This document shows positions 49,613 to 60,036 of a stretch of DNA of 64,000 bases, one piece after another. Below the pieces are notes generated by a model. It saw only the letters and a list, made by a program, of their open reading frames with translations. It was not told the origin of the DNA and searched no databases. The stretch lies in assembly GCA_964499705.1 (NCBI GenBank), contig CAZCME010000005.1, forward strand, positions 1 to 64,000, in the 5' to 3' direction. Numbering within the stretch: the first letter of the stretch is position 1; each line of letters starts with the position of its first letter. Source of the stretch: an uncultured bacterium (lineage in GTDB: Bacteria > UBA8481). A program made the position numbers and the translations under genes.

Positions 49613-51087
49613 TCACCGCGGGACATGAGGAGGCTCGTCCACGCTCATCGCATCGCGAGGCGACGCGTGAGGAGGCCGCGCGCCCGCATGCTGCCCGGCG
49701 CGACGCGAGGCTTCACACCCTCCGCCGCGAAACCCCCGATCATGAGCCCGCCCGACTTCTTGTCATCGAGGACGATATTCCTCTCACGTGGTTCATCAAG
49801 GACCTCCTGGACGGCACGAATTTCGAGACGAAGATGGTCTTCTCCGTGGAACAGGCGGAAGCGGTGATGAAGGACCATCACTTCGATCTCATTCTCCTGG
49901 ACATTTCTCTTCCCGGAGAAGACGGACTGACGTTCTACAGGAGGCGAAAGGACAGCCTTCCGCCGACGCTTCTGATGTCCGCCGTCAACCGGTCCGTCGT
50001 CTACAGCGGCGAGATTCCCCTGACGCATTTTCTGGCGAAACCGTTCACGCCGGACGAACTCCTGAGACGGCTTCACTATATTTTGAACAGCGAGGTTCCC
50101 GAAATGCATACCGTTGTTGAAAAGGAGATCGCGATGACCCCAGTCCCCACCGATGCCGCGGAAGCGGTCCACGCAGGCGCCGATCACGTTCTCCTCGTGG
50201 AAGACGATCCGATCCTGAGCGAGCTCCTGGATGAACTGCTCGTGTCGGAAGGTTACAGGGTGACGCGGGCGGGAACGATCGCGGGCGCGCGCGAGCGCCT
50301 CTCGACGGATCCCGGCATATTCATCCTCGATGGCGTTCTGCCGGACGGCGACGGATTATCGTTCATGGACGAGCTCCGTTCCAACCCCCGCTTTGCAGAC
50401 CGTCCCATCATCATTCTCTCCGGCCGATCCAACTCGCGCGACAAGGCCGCCGGGCTGATGACCGGAGCGGACGATTACCTGGCGAAGCCGTTCGAGACCG
50501 ACGAGCTCATCGCGCGCGTTCACGCGCTTCTGCGCCGCGCCTCCGCCCTGAACGATTCCAGCCCGCTGACGGGACTGCCGGGAAACAGGCGGATCCAGCA
50601 CGAGATCGAGTTGCGCCTCTCGCGCGGGGAGAATTTCGAAGCGCTCTACGCCGACATCGATCACTTCAAGACCTTCAACGACCGGTATGGTTTCGCGGCC
50701 GGCGACAAGGCGATTCTCCTGCTGGCGGACTGTCTGAAGGCGGAAACCTCCGCGGGCGATTTTGTCGGCCACATCGGTGGCGACGATTTCATCGTCGTCT
50801 ACGAAACCGGAGCCGGCGAAGCGCGATCGAGACGGGCGCTCGACGAATTCGCCAAACGCGCGCGGATGCTGCACAACGAAGAAGAAAGACAGGCAGGCGT
50901 TTACAAGTCCAGAGACCGCCAGGGCACGCCGGTCGAGGAACCGCTGCTTTGCGCGACGGGCGGTCTCATATCCACCAGGCAGCGCCGTGTCGGATCTTAC
51001 GCCGAGCTCTCGCAAGTCGCGGCGGAATTGAAGTCCGCCGCGCGCCATTCTCATGAAAGGGTGTATACGGAGAGGCGCACCGCTTGA
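49609..51087 (+). CDS. REC-REC-GGDEF protein (diguanylate cyclase-like)
   Basis: Two receiver domains; SPLTGLPG, DIDHFK.FND.YG..GD, GHIGGDDF. Confidence 0.9.
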   Translation: MITAGHEEARPRSSHREATREEAARPHAARRDARLHTLRRETPDHEPARLLVIEDDIPLTWFIKDLLDGTNFETKMVFSVEQAEAVMKDHHFDLILLDISLPGEDGLTFYRRRKDSLPPTLLMSAVNRSVVYSGEIPLTHFLAKPFTPDELLRRLHYILNSEVPEMHTVVEKEIAMTPVPTDAAEAVHAGADHVLLVEDDPILSELLDELLVSEGYRVTRAGTIAGARERLSTDPGIFILDGVLPDGDGLSFMDELRSNPRFADRPIIILSGRSNSRDKAAGLMTGADDYLAKPFETDELIARVHALLRRASALNDSSPLTGLPGNRRIQHEIELRLSRGENFEALYADIDHFKTFNDRYGFAAGDKAILLLADCLKAETSAGDFVGHIGGDDFIVVYETGAGEARSRRALDEFAKRARMLHNEEERQAGVYKSRDRQGTPVEEPLLCATGGLISTRQRRVGSYAELSQVAAELKSAARHSHERVYTERRTA

Positions 51088-52532
51088 AACTTGGTTTTCT
51101 CTTCAGCCTGTTGATGCTGGCCGGCGCCACGTTTCTCGCCTGCGCCATTTTTTCCGGAATGGCGACGCTCCACACCATGGCCGCGGAGGCGGAAGCCGTC
51201 ATCGGAGAAGATGCCGTCTTCATCCGCGATCTCACGCACCTTCGATCCCAGGTCTCCGACGCCACAAGGCTCGCGCGTCTCGCCGCCGAAGTCGGGCTGG
51301 AGAAGGAAGCTTCCCAGCGCGCGCGCAACAAGACGGCGGAGACGCTGTATGACATCTCGTTCTACGTCATGGCCGGCGAGGAGGACACGTTTCGCCGGCT
51401 GCTGGCGGCCTGGGACGGAACCGTCGACACGCTGAAAGCGCTTGAAGAGAACCAGGTGAACGCCTCCCTCTTCTTCACCGAAACGGTACTCCCGCAGATC
51501 TCCTCCGTCGGTGCGGGCATCCAGGATCTCGAGCAGCATCGCCAGAGCTTTTCGCTCGGCCGGATCGAACATATCAACGCGGCGATCGAGACCGCCCAGG
51601 AGAGCCTCCGCGTCTACGCGCTCCTCCTCGCCGCCACCATGCTCATTCTCTTCTACGAAATCCGATTCCGCCTGATCGCTCCGATCCGGAATCTGGAGCG
51701 GGCAACGGAAGTGATCGCTTCCGGAGAACTCACGCACCGGATCACCGGTCTTTATCCCGACGAGCTGGGGCAACTGGGAAGCCGTTTCAACGCCATGACG
51801 GAGAAACTGGAATCGGCGGAGAAGATGAAACGCGAATTCCTGGCCATGGTCTCGCACGAGATGAGAACTCCTCTCACGTCGATCGGCGGATTTCTCGCGA
51901 TCCTCCTGTCCGGCCGCCGAGGTCAGCTCGCCCCGCGCCAGAAGGAAGCGCTGGACATCGTGCAGCAGGAGACGCAGAGACTGGGGAATCTGCTGGAGGA
52001 CCTGCTGGACGTCGCCAGGGCGGAGGCGGGCGCGTTTCGCATAACACCCGCGCCGACCGAATGCGCGGATTTTTTCACGGCCCTGATGCAGCCGTACGTC
52101 CGGCAGGCCGAGGAACTGAAGATCGATTTCCATTACCTGTTCGCCGATCTGCCCGACGCCGTCATCGATTCGCGCCGGATGGGTCAGGCTATCCGGAACC
52201 TGCTGACGAACGCGTTCAAGTTCACGCCTGGCGGCGGAAAAATCAGGGCGACGGGGCGGCAGGAGAACGGAGAACTCGTCTTCGAAGTCGAAGACACCGG
52301 GCCTGGAATGGCGAACGACAAGCTGCCGCGTCTGTTCGAGAGATTCTACCAGGTGAATCCTGACGAGAGATGCGAGGGAGGAATGGGGCTGGGACTGGCG
52401 ATCGTCCGGGAGATCGCGCAGGCGCACGGAGGAACGGTCATCGTGGAATCGGAGCTCGGCAAGGGCACCAGGTTCCGGATAGGCATTCCTTTCCGGAAGG
52501 AATCCGATCTTGAAACCAGGGGCAGCGAATGA
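51084..52532 (+). CDS. Membrane HAMP-domain sensor histidine kinase
   Basis: Two TMs; DELGQL (HAMP); SHEMRTPL, NLLTNAFK, DTGPG, GLGLAI. Confidence 0.95.
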   Translation: MKLGFLFSLLMLAGATFLACAIFSGMATLHTMAAEAEAVIGEDAVFIRDLTHLRSQVSDATRLARLAAEVGLEKEASQRARNKTAETLYDISFYVMAGEEDTFRRLLAAWDGTVDTLKALEENQVNASLFFTETVLPQISSVGAGIQDLEQHRQSFSLGRIEHINAAIETAQESLRVYALLLAATMLILFYEIRFRLIAPIRNLERATEVIASGELTHRITGLYPDELGQLGSRFNAMTEKLESAEKMKREFLAMVSHEMRTPLTSIGGFLAILLSGRRGQLAPRQKEALDIVQQETQRLGNLLEDLLDVARAEAGAFRITPAPTECADFFTALMQPYVRQAEELKIDFHYLFADLPDAVIDSRRMGQAIRNLLTNAFKFTPGGGKIRATGRQENGELVFEVEDTGPGMANDKLPRLFERFYQVNPDERCEGGMGLGLAIVREIAQAHGGTVIVESELGKGTRFRIGIPFRKESDLETRGSE

Positions 52533-52599
52533 AGAGCAGTTCAAAAAATTAAAATCAGGAACAACCTGCCGGGAAACTGATTTATAATGGGAGTGCGAT

Positions 52600-53082
52600 A
52601 TGAACATCTCACGGGGGAAACACAAGATCATCGCGATCGTCGTCGGCGCTGCGGTCTGCGCCGCCGGATTCTCGATGAGCGCCTGCGCATCCGCGGGATC
52701 GTGGAGCAAGGCGACGGATCATGTACGTAAGGGCAGGATCATCGAGGGGGCCGAGGCTTTTGAAGCGATCGGCGCGAAGTCGTCGGCTCTGACAGCGTCG
52801 GAAGCGTGGTACCGCGCGGGCACGCTCTGGCTCGACCAGGGCAATCCCGATCGCTCCTACGACCGCGCGCTCGAATGCTTCCGCAAATCCGCGGCGCTCG
52901 AAGGTTTTCCCGAGACCGTCCGTGCCGCCAACACCTGGATAGCGGTCCTGACGCGCCTGAACGCCGAGCAACGCAAGGCCCTCAGTGCGGAACGGCGCGC
53001 CGCGAGGGAATCGGAACGGCTCCGCGAAGTCATCCGCGACGCCGAAAAAACAGGAGACGCCCTGCGCCGGAACGCTCCTTGA
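52600..53082 (+). CDS. TPR/coiled-coil lipoprotein
   Basis: Signal peptide with MSAC; NPDRSYDRALECF..ANTWIAVL; C-terminal coiled coil. Confidence 0.65.
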   Translation: MNISRGKHKIIAIVVGAAVCAAGFSMSACASAGSWSKATDHVRKGRIIEGAEAFEAIGAKSSALTASEAWYRAGTLWLDQGNPDRSYDRALECFRKSAALEGFPETVRAANTWIAVLTRLNAEQRKALSAERRAARESERLREVIRDAEKTGDALRRNAP

Positions 53083-54146
53083 CCGAGCATCTCTACGTTC
53101 ACATACCCTATTGCCGCCGCGTCTGCCCCTATTGCGATTTCGTCTGCTCCTCGCCGGACAAGCTCCCGCCGTCGGAACAATATGTCCGCGCGGTGCTGCG
53201 CGACCTGGACGCCGTCGAGGGACGATTCGAGACGATCTACATGGGCGGAGGCACGCCTACGGAACTGCCGATCCGCGATCTGGATCGGCTGTTGGCGGGC
53301 CTGGCCGCGCGGCGCCGGGAGAACTGCGAGTGGTCCATCGAGGGAAATCCGGAGAGCTTCACGAGCGAAACCGCCGCGCTCCTGCGACAGCGCGGCGTCA
53401 ACCGGCTCTCGCTCGGCTTTCAATCCGCAAGCGACGAGGTGTTGAAAAAGCTGGGACGTTCTCACCGGCACGCCGACAACATCCGGGCGCTCGACTTCGC
53501 CCGGGAAGCGGGCTTCACGAATATCTCGGGCGATCTCATCTTCGGACTGCCGGAGGATCATCTCGCAGAAACGATCTCATTCTTCGCTGAACGGAAATTG
53601 ACGCACGTCTCCGCGTATGAGCTGACGATCGAGGGCGAGTCGACATGGAGCCTGCGGAAATTCGACCCCTCGGCGGGCGAGGACGAGAAATTCGCGCAAT
53701 TGAGCCGCGTTGTGCCGCTCCTTGAGTTCGCCGGCTTCCTCCGTTATGAAGTCTCCAACTTCGCCCGGAGCGGTTTCGAATGCCGCAGCCACCTGAATGT
53801 CTGGCACGCGGGCGAGTATGCCGGGATTGGCGCCGGCGCGCACGGCCATGAGAACGGAATCCGCTACGCGAACACGGAATCCTCCTCCGAATTCCTGTCG
53901 GGCCCGCATCGCACCGTCGACGCGATCGAAAACCTCGCCGCCGAAACGATGCTTCTCGTGTCCAGGCTGCCCCAGGGCATCGCGATCACGGATCTGCCGC
54001 CGCATCGCCGCAGCGCGCTTGCGAACCGGCACACGGAGCTCGCCGCGCTCCGCGACGACGGATTCATCGAGCTGACGGAGACGATCATCCGCCCCACGGC
54101 GAAGGGATTGCTCTTCGTGAACGAGATCGGGCTGAGGATGGCGTAA
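53079..54146 (+). CDS. hemW: Radical SAM heme chaperone HemW-like protein
   Basis: LYVHIPYCRRVCPYCDF, GGGTP, YEVSNFA, GIGAGAHG. Confidence 0.88.
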   Translation: MTEHLYVHIPYCRRVCPYCDFVCSSPDKLPPSEQYVRAVLRDLDAVEGRFETIYMGGGTPTELPIRDLDRLLAGLAARRRENCEWSIEGNPESFTSETAALLRQRGVNRLSLGFQSASDEVLKKLGRSHRHADNIRALDFAREAGFTNISGDLIFGLPEDHLAETISFFAERKLTHVSAYELTIEGESTWSLRKFDPSAGEDEKFAQLSRVVPLLEFAGFLRYEVSNFARSGFECRSHLNVWHAGEYAGIGAGAHGHENGIRYANTESSSEFLSGPHRTVDAIENLAAETMLLVSRLPQGIAITDLPPHRRSALANRHTELAALRDDGFIELTETIIRPTAKGLLFVNEIGLRMA

Positions 54147-54217
54147 GGAATTCGCGTGATGGACACGCCTTTGCGCTGTCTTCTTCCTGGAATCAGGTAT
54201 ATAGTTCCTCCTCCCTT

Positions 54218-56041
54218 ATGACAGACGCATCGAAAATCAGGAATGTCGCCATCATCGCGCACGTCGACCACGGCAAGACAACGCTCGTGGACGCCATGCT
54301 GCGGCAGAGCGGGACGTTTCGCGCCAACGAACTCCTTCCGGACCGGATGATGGACAACATCGACCTGGAGCGCGAGCGCGGCATCACGATCGCGGCGAAG
54401 AACTGCTGCATGACGTGGGAGGATCTCACGATCAACATCGTCGATACTCCGGGACACGCGGATTTCGGCGGCGAAGTGGAGCGCATCCTCTCCATGGTCG
54501 ACGGCGCGCTTCTGCTGGTGGACGCCGCGGAAGGCCCCTTGCCCCAGACCCGGTTCGTCCTGCGAAAAGCGTTGGAAGCGAAGCTATCGATCATCGTCGT
54601 CATCAACAAGATCGACCGGCCCGACCAGCGGACAGTCCAGGTCGAGGACGAGATCTTCTCGCTCTTCATCGACTGCGACGCGGACGATCATCATATCGAC
54701 TGTCCCGTCATCTACGCCGTTGCGCGCGAAGGCAAGGCCACGGCCTCGCTGGCGCACGCGCTCGAAGGCATGACGCCGATCTACGAGGCGATCCGCGACT
54801 ACATTCCCGCCCCGCCCGTCGATGCGGCCGCTCCGCTTTCTCTCCTCGTCGCGAACCTGGACTATTCCGACTACGTCGGTCGTCTCGCGATCGGCCGGAT
54901 GAAATCGGGAAGCATCGCCGTCGGCGAGACCGTCCTCGTGGCGGGCGCCGAAAAACAAACCAGGGGAAAGGTCTCGCGACTGTACGCCTACCACGGCTTG
55001 AAGCGCGTCGAGATCGAATCCGCCTCCGCGGGCCAGATCGTCGCGATCGCCGGCATCGAGGAATTGACGATCGGAGACACGATCACGGCGCCGGAAACTC
55101 CGGTGATCCAGCCGAGGATCGTCGTCGAGGAACCGACAGTGGTCATGATCTTCGGCGCCAACACCTCGCCCTTCACGGGGCGCGACGGCAAGTTCGTCAC
55201 GGCGCGCCAGCTGAAGGAACGGCTCTGGAAGGAATCCCTGAAGAACGTCTCGCTGAGGATCGACGAGACCGAAGCGCCGGATCGCTTCAACGTCGCGGGC
55301 CGCGGGGAGCTGCAGCTCGCGATCCTCATCGAGCAGATGCGCCGGGAAGGCTTCGAGCTGGAGATTTCCCGGCCCAAGGTGATCGAGAAGACGATCGACG
55401 GCGTCGTGTGCGAGCCGTTCGAGGAACTCGTGATCGACGTCGCGGAGGATTTCATCGGCGTCGTGACGGAAACCATGGCGGCGCGGCGCGGGGTCATGGC
55501 GAACATGACCGGAGCCGGTTCAGGCCGGATCCGCATGGATTTCTCGATCCCCGCGCGCGGGCTCATCGGCATCCGGTCCAACTTCCTGACGGACACGCGC
55601 GGCACCGGGATCATGCATTCCGTCTTCGCCGGTTACAAGCCGCGCGCCGGATCAATTCCGTCCCGGACGGCCGGCGCCATGATCGCCGACCGACCCTGCC
55701 CCGCGACTCCGTATGCCATCGTCAATCTCGAACCCCGCGGAAAACTCTTCGTCGAGCCGAGCACGGACGTCTACGCGGGAATGATCGTCGGAGAGCACGC
55801 GAAGGAGAACGACATCGAGGTGTACATCGGACGGCCGAAGAAACTGACGAACATGCGCGCCTCCGGCAGCGACGACTCGATCCAGCTGACCCCGGCGGTC
55901 AAGCACACGCTCGAAAGCGCGATGGAATGGATCCGCGACGACGAGCTGATCGAAGTGACGCCGAAATCCATCCGCCTGAGAAAAAGACAGCTCGACCCGA
56001 ACAAGCGGAAATCCGAGGAAAAATCCTCCCGGGACGAGTAA
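54218..56041 (+). CDS. typA: Translational GTPase TypA/BipA
   Basis: AHVDHGKTT, ERERGITI, DTPGHADF, GRGELQL, KLTNMRASG. Confidence 0.97.
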   Translation: MTDASKIRNVAIIAHVDHGKTTLVDAMLRQSGTFRANELLPDRMMDNIDLERERGITIAAKNCCMTWEDLTINIVDTPGHADFGGEVERILSMVDGALLLVDAAEGPLPQTRFVLRKALEAKLSIIVVINKIDRPDQRTVQVEDEIFSLFIDCDADDHHIDCPVIYAVAREGKATASLAHALEGMTPIYEAIRDYIPAPPVDAAAPLSLLVANLDYSDYVGRLAIGRMKSGSIAVGETVLVAGAEKQTRGKVSRLYAYHGLKRVEIESASAGQIVAIAGIEELTIGDTITAPETPVIQPRIVVEEPTVVMIFGANTSPFTGRDGKFVTARQLKERLWKESLKNVSLRIDETEAPDRFNVAGRGELQLAILIEQMRREGFELEISRPKVIEKTIDGVVCEPFEELVIDVAEDFIGVVTETMAARRGVMANMTGAGSGRIRMDFSIPARGLIGIRSNFLTDTRGTGIMHSVFAGYKPRAGSIPSRTAGAMIADRPCPATPYAIVNLEPRGKLFVEPSTDVYAGMIVGEHAKENDIEVYIGRPKKLTNMRASGSDDSIQLTPAVKHTLESAMEWIRDDELIEVTPKSIRLRKRQLDPNKRKSEEKSSRDE

Positions 56042-56072
56042 CCTACCGCCAGAAGCTCCCCATCAAAAATAT

Positions 56073-56168
56073 TAACAGGATGAACAGGATAGGCAGGATC
56101 GATTGAGTGTGGAATTGAATGTATCGGGGAGTGGTTTTCATTCCTCCCAAATCCTGCCCATCCTGTTA
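56073..56168. repeat. Inverted repeat built from 9-mer tandem units
   Basis: taacaggat gaacaggat aggcaggat ... atcctgccc atcctgtta. Confidence 0.7.
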
Positions 56169-56283
56169 TTTATCCGTCACCGGATGTGGAACGTCCGGCC
56201 CCGGGCTCCGCATCTTGCAACTTTGCATTGAAAATGCGAGAATCCGATCGTTGAGGGGCCGGCGGCCCGGAGGAGCTTGAACC

Positions 56284-58620
56284 ATGTCCATTTCCGCACC
56301 CACGCGACCGTCCATCACGACGGTCGTCGGATCGAGCCCGATCCGGACGGATGCGCGGACGAAGGTCAACGGGGAAGCGAAATATATCGACGACCTGACA
56401 TTTGCCGGCCTCTGCCACGCTTCCATCGTGCGATCCCCTCACGCGCATGCGTCGATCGACGCGATCGATTCGACGGCGGCGCGCGCGGTGAAGGGCGTCA
56501 TCGGCGTCATCACCTATAAGGACATCCCCGGCAAAAACAAGGTCCCGATCGTCTTCGACGATCAGCCCCTCCTGGCGGAAACCGAAGTCCGGTACATCGG
56601 CGAACCGGTGGCGATCGTCGTCGCGGATTCGCCGCGCGTCGCAATGCAGGCCGTCGACCTCGTGAAGGTCTCCTATACCGTCCTGCCCGCCGTCACGGAT
56701 CCGCTCGCGGCGCTGGCCGAAAACGCCGCAGTCGTCAATCCCGTGCTCGGCAACGTCGTCTCCAGGCACAGGATTCGCAAGGGCGACATCGACGCGGGAT
56801 TCGCCGAGTCCGACGTGATCGTCGAGGGAGAATTCCGGACGGGTTACCAGGAGCACGCCTACATCGAGACGCAGGGCATGATCGCCGTTCCCGAACCCGA
56901 GGGCGGGGTCTGCGTGTACGGTTCGATGCAGTGCCCGTTCTACATCCAGAAAGCTCTCGCCTATGTCCTCGGCCTGACCTTCGCCCAATGCCGCGTCGTC
57001 CAGACCGTCACGGGCGGCGCCTTCGGCGGCAAGGAGGATGCTCCGTCCATGCCGGCCTGCCACGCGGCGCTTGCGGCGCATATCCTGCGCCGGCCCGTCA
57101 AGCACATCATGACGCGCGAAGAAGACATCATCTGCATGACCAAGCGCCATCCGGGAATCATCCGGATCAAGTATGGCGCCAAGCGCGACGGCACGATCGT
57201 CGCCTGCGACGTCGACTACATCCTCAACTCCGGCGTCTGGTCCACGCTCTCCCCTGTCGTGCTCTGGCGCGGCACGATTCACGCGACCGGTCCGTATCGG
57301 ATCGCCAACGTCAGGGTCGATGCGCGGGCGGTCGCGACACACACGGTCCCCAACGGCGCCTTCCGGGGATTCGGCCAACCGCAGGTCTGCTTCGCAAATG
57401 AATCCCTCATCGATGAACTCTCGCACAAGCTCGGCATCGATCCGATCGAGCTTCGTCTCAGGAATGCCCTGGAAGTCGGCTCCGAAACCGCGACCGGACA
57501 CAGGCTGACGGAATCGGTCGGCCTCAGGAAAGTCATCGGCGAAGTCTGCGACGAGGCTCACTGGCTCGACGGCAGGTCCAGGAAGGAACGCCGCCGCGCG
57601 GACGGAAGGTTGTACGGCATCGGAGCCTCCACGTGCTTCTACGGAACCGGGCTCGGCGCGGCGGGAAAGCGGATCGACCGGGCCGGAGGATTTCTCCAGG
57701 TCGATATCGACGGATCCGTCCAGATCGCGGTAGGCACGACGGAGATGGGACAGGGGCACAACATGGCGCTCTCGCAGATCGCCGCCGAGGAACTGGGAAC
57801 GACCGCGGAAAAGGTGACGATGCTTCCCATCGACTCATCGCGCGTTCCCGATTCCGGCCCGACCGTCGCTTCCCGCGCCACCCTGATGTCGGGCGGAGCG
57901 CTCCGTGACGCCGCGAAAAAAGTTCGCACCCTGCTTCACGAGGTCGTCGCGCGCCGTTACAACGTCGCGGTCGCCGACATCCGGTACGTTCCCGGCACGA
58001 TCCACGCGACGGAGGATGCCGCCGTCACCTTCGAGCAGGCCGTGACATGGGCGGCCGAGGAGCGCATACATCTCGCGGCGCAAGGCTGGTTCACCGCGCC
58101 GAACACGGAGTGGAACCCGGAGACCGGCCTTGGGGAGGCCTACTATGTCTACACGTTCTCCTGCAATATCGCGGAGGTCGCGGTCGATGAGGAAACAGGC
58201 GAGGTCGAAGTGACGCGCATCGTCTCCGGACACGACATCGGAAAGGCGATCAACCGGCGCGAAGCGGAGGGGCAGATCCAGGGCGGCGTCGTGCAGGGTC
58301 TCGGTTACGCCCTGTATGAAGACCTCGTCGAGAAAGACGGCAGGATCCTGAGGCCGAATTTCTCGGGATACATTCTTCCCGCCACCGGCGACATTCCCGA
58401 CATCAAACCCGTCATCGTGGAGGAGCCCTACTCCGAGGGGCCCTTCGGCGCGAAGGGGCTGGGCGAGCCGCCGCTCATCGCGATCGCGCCCGCCATCGCG
58501 AATGCAATCCAGGATGCGGTGGGCGTGCGGCCGATGCAACTGCCGATGACTCCCGAGCGCATTCTGGCGTTGATCGAAAACAAGACTCAACAGGCTCGCC
58601 CGGGCGGGAAATCATCATGA
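56284..58620 (+). CDS. Xanthine dehydrogenase-family molybdopterin-binding subunit
   Basis: RSPHAHA, QEHAYIET, GGAFGGK, AFRGFG, EMGQG, AKGLGEPP. Confidence 0.93.
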   Translation: MSISAPTRPSITTVVGSSPIRTDARTKVNGEAKYIDDLTFAGLCHASIVRSPHAHASIDAIDSTAARAVKGVIGVITYKDIPGKNKVPIVFDDQPLLAETEVRYIGEPVAIVVADSPRVAMQAVDLVKVSYTVLPAVTDPLAALAENAAVVNPVLGNVVSRHRIRKGDIDAGFAESDVIVEGEFRTGYQEHAYIETQGMIAVPEPEGGVCVYGSMQCPFYIQKALAYVLGLTFAQCRVVQTVTGGAFGGKEDAPSMPACHAALAAHILRRPVKHIMTREEDIICMTKRHPGIIRIKYGAKRDGTIVACDVDYILNSGVWSTLSPVVLWRGTIHATGPYRIANVRVDARAVATHTVPNGAFRGFGQPQVCFANESLIDELSHKLGIDPIELRLRNALEVGSETATGHRLTESVGLRKVIGEVCDEAHWLDGRSRKERRRADGRLYGIGASTCFYGTGLGAAGKRIDRAGGFLQVDIDGSVQIAVGTTEMGQGHNMALSQIAAEELGTTAEKVTMLPIDSSRVPDSGPTVASRATLMSGGALRDAAKKVRTLLHEVVARRYNVAVADIRYVPGTIHATEDAAVTFEQAVTWAAEERIHLAAQGWFTAPNTEWNPETGLGEAYYVYTFSCNIAEVAVDEETGEVEVTRIVSGHDIGKAINRREAEGQIQGGVVQGLGYALYEDLVEKDGRILRPNFSGYILPATGDIPDIKPVIVEEPYSEGPFGAKGLGEPPLIAIAPAIANAIQDAVGVRPMQLPMTPERILALIENKTQQARPGGKSS

Positions 58621-59108
58621 AGGATTACAGGCTCAACCTGACCGTCAACGGCCGCGAGGAGTCGCACATGATCGATCCGCGCGACACGCTTCTCGATTTT
58701 CTCCGCGAAACTGTCTGGCTCACCGGATCGAAGGAAGGCTGCGGCAAGGGGGAATGCGGCGCCTGCACCGTCATGATGGACGATGTGACCGTGAATTCCT
58801 GCCTCGTCATGGCCGTCCAGGCCGAAGGCCGGAACATCACGACCGTCGAAGGACTGACCGTGAACCGGAAATATCATCCCCTGCAGGAAGCCATGCTCGA
58901 ATGCGGCGGAGCGCAGTGCGGCATCTGCACGCCTGGATTCATCATGAGCGCCGCATCCCTCCTGAAGAAGAACCTGGATCCGACGGACGCGGAGATTCGA
59001 ACCGCGCTCGAAGGCAATCTCTGCCGATGCACCGGCTACATCAAGATCTTCGACGCCGTGAAATCGGCTTGCTCGAAAATCCGCGAAGCCGCGGGAACGG
59101 GAGCCTGA
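58617..59108 (+). CDS. (2Fe-2S)-binding small subunit
   Basis: GCGKGECGACT..SC and QCGICTPG..CRCTGY. Confidence 0.95.
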   Translation: MKDYRLNLTVNGREESHMIDPRDTLLDFLRETVWLTGSKEGCGKGECGACTVMMDDVTVNSCLVMAVQAEGRNITTVEGLTVNRKYHPLQEAMLECGGAQCGICTPGFIMSAASLLKKNLDPTDAEIRTALEGNLCRCTGYIKIFDAVKSACSKIREAAGTGA

Positions 59109-59114
59109 GATAGC

Positions 59115-59990
59115 ATGTTCCAGGTCACGGTTCCCTGCGTTCGCGCGAAGAGCATCCGAGAGGCTCTGGCGATGGCGGCCGACGGCGGCCGGATCCTGGC
59201 CGGCGGCACGGACGTTCTCGTGCTGGCGAAGGAGAACATGATCACCTCGGAGCGATTGATCGACATCTCCAGCATCCCCGAGCTCCGAGGAATCGAGATC
59301 AACTCCAAGAAGATCATCATCGGCGCGGCGGTCAGCCTCACGGAGGTGATGACGCATCCCCTGATCCGCGCGGAATTTCCGGCGCTCGTCATGGCCTGCG
59401 ACGTCTTCGCGTCGCCGCAGATCAGGAACCGCGCCACCCTGGCCGGGAATATCGCCAATGCGTCCCCCGCCGGCGACACGATCCCGGCTCTCTACGCCTA
59501 CGATGCGATCGTCCAGATCCGCGGCCGTTCGTCCGGCTCGCCCGGAGGCCGCCGGTCCGTTCCCGCCACGGAGTTCGTGAGCGCGCCGCGCAGGACGGCG
59601 CTGGAACCGGGAGACCTCATCACGGAGATCGTGCTGCCCCGGACGCACGGCACGCACAAGGGCATGTTCATCAAGATCGGCCAGCGGAAATCCCTGGCGA
59701 TCTCCAAGACCATGGTCGCCGTCGCCACGACGGAATTCTCCGCCGGCACGATCAAGCACATCGGCATCGCGCTCGGCGCCGTCGCCCCGACCATCATCCG
59801 CCTGCCCGATGCGGAAGCGCTGCTGACGGGCAAGAAAGTGACGCGGGAACTGGCGCGCCAGGCCCGCGCGTTCGCCGAAGCCGCGGTGCGGCCCATCGAT
59901 GACATCCGTTCCACGGCGGATTACCGGCGGAAAGTGTCGGGCGTGATCGTGGAGCGGGGACTTCTCGGCCTGCGAATCCTGGAATCGTGA
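59115..59990 (+). CDS. FAD-binding medium subunit
   Basis: ILAGGTD, QIRNRATLAGN..ASPAGD, PIDDIRSTADYR. Confidence 0.95.
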   Translation: MFQVTVPCVRAKSIREALAMAADGGRILAGGTDVLVLAKENMITSERLIDISSIPELRGIEINSKKIIIGAAVSLTEVMTHPLIRAEFPALVMACDVFASPQIRNRATLAGNIANASPAGDTIPALYAYDAIVQIRGRSSGSPGGRRSVPATEFVSAPRRTALEPGDLITEIVLPRTHGTHKGMFIKIGQRKSLAISKTMVAVATTEFSAGTIKHIGIALGAVAPTIIRLPDAEALLTGKKVTRELARQARAFAEAAVRPIDDIRSTADYRRKVSGVIVERGLLGLRILES

Positions 59991-60036
59991 TGTTTCCTCT
60001 TCCCTGTTCCATCGACATCGATCATTAATCCGGGAC

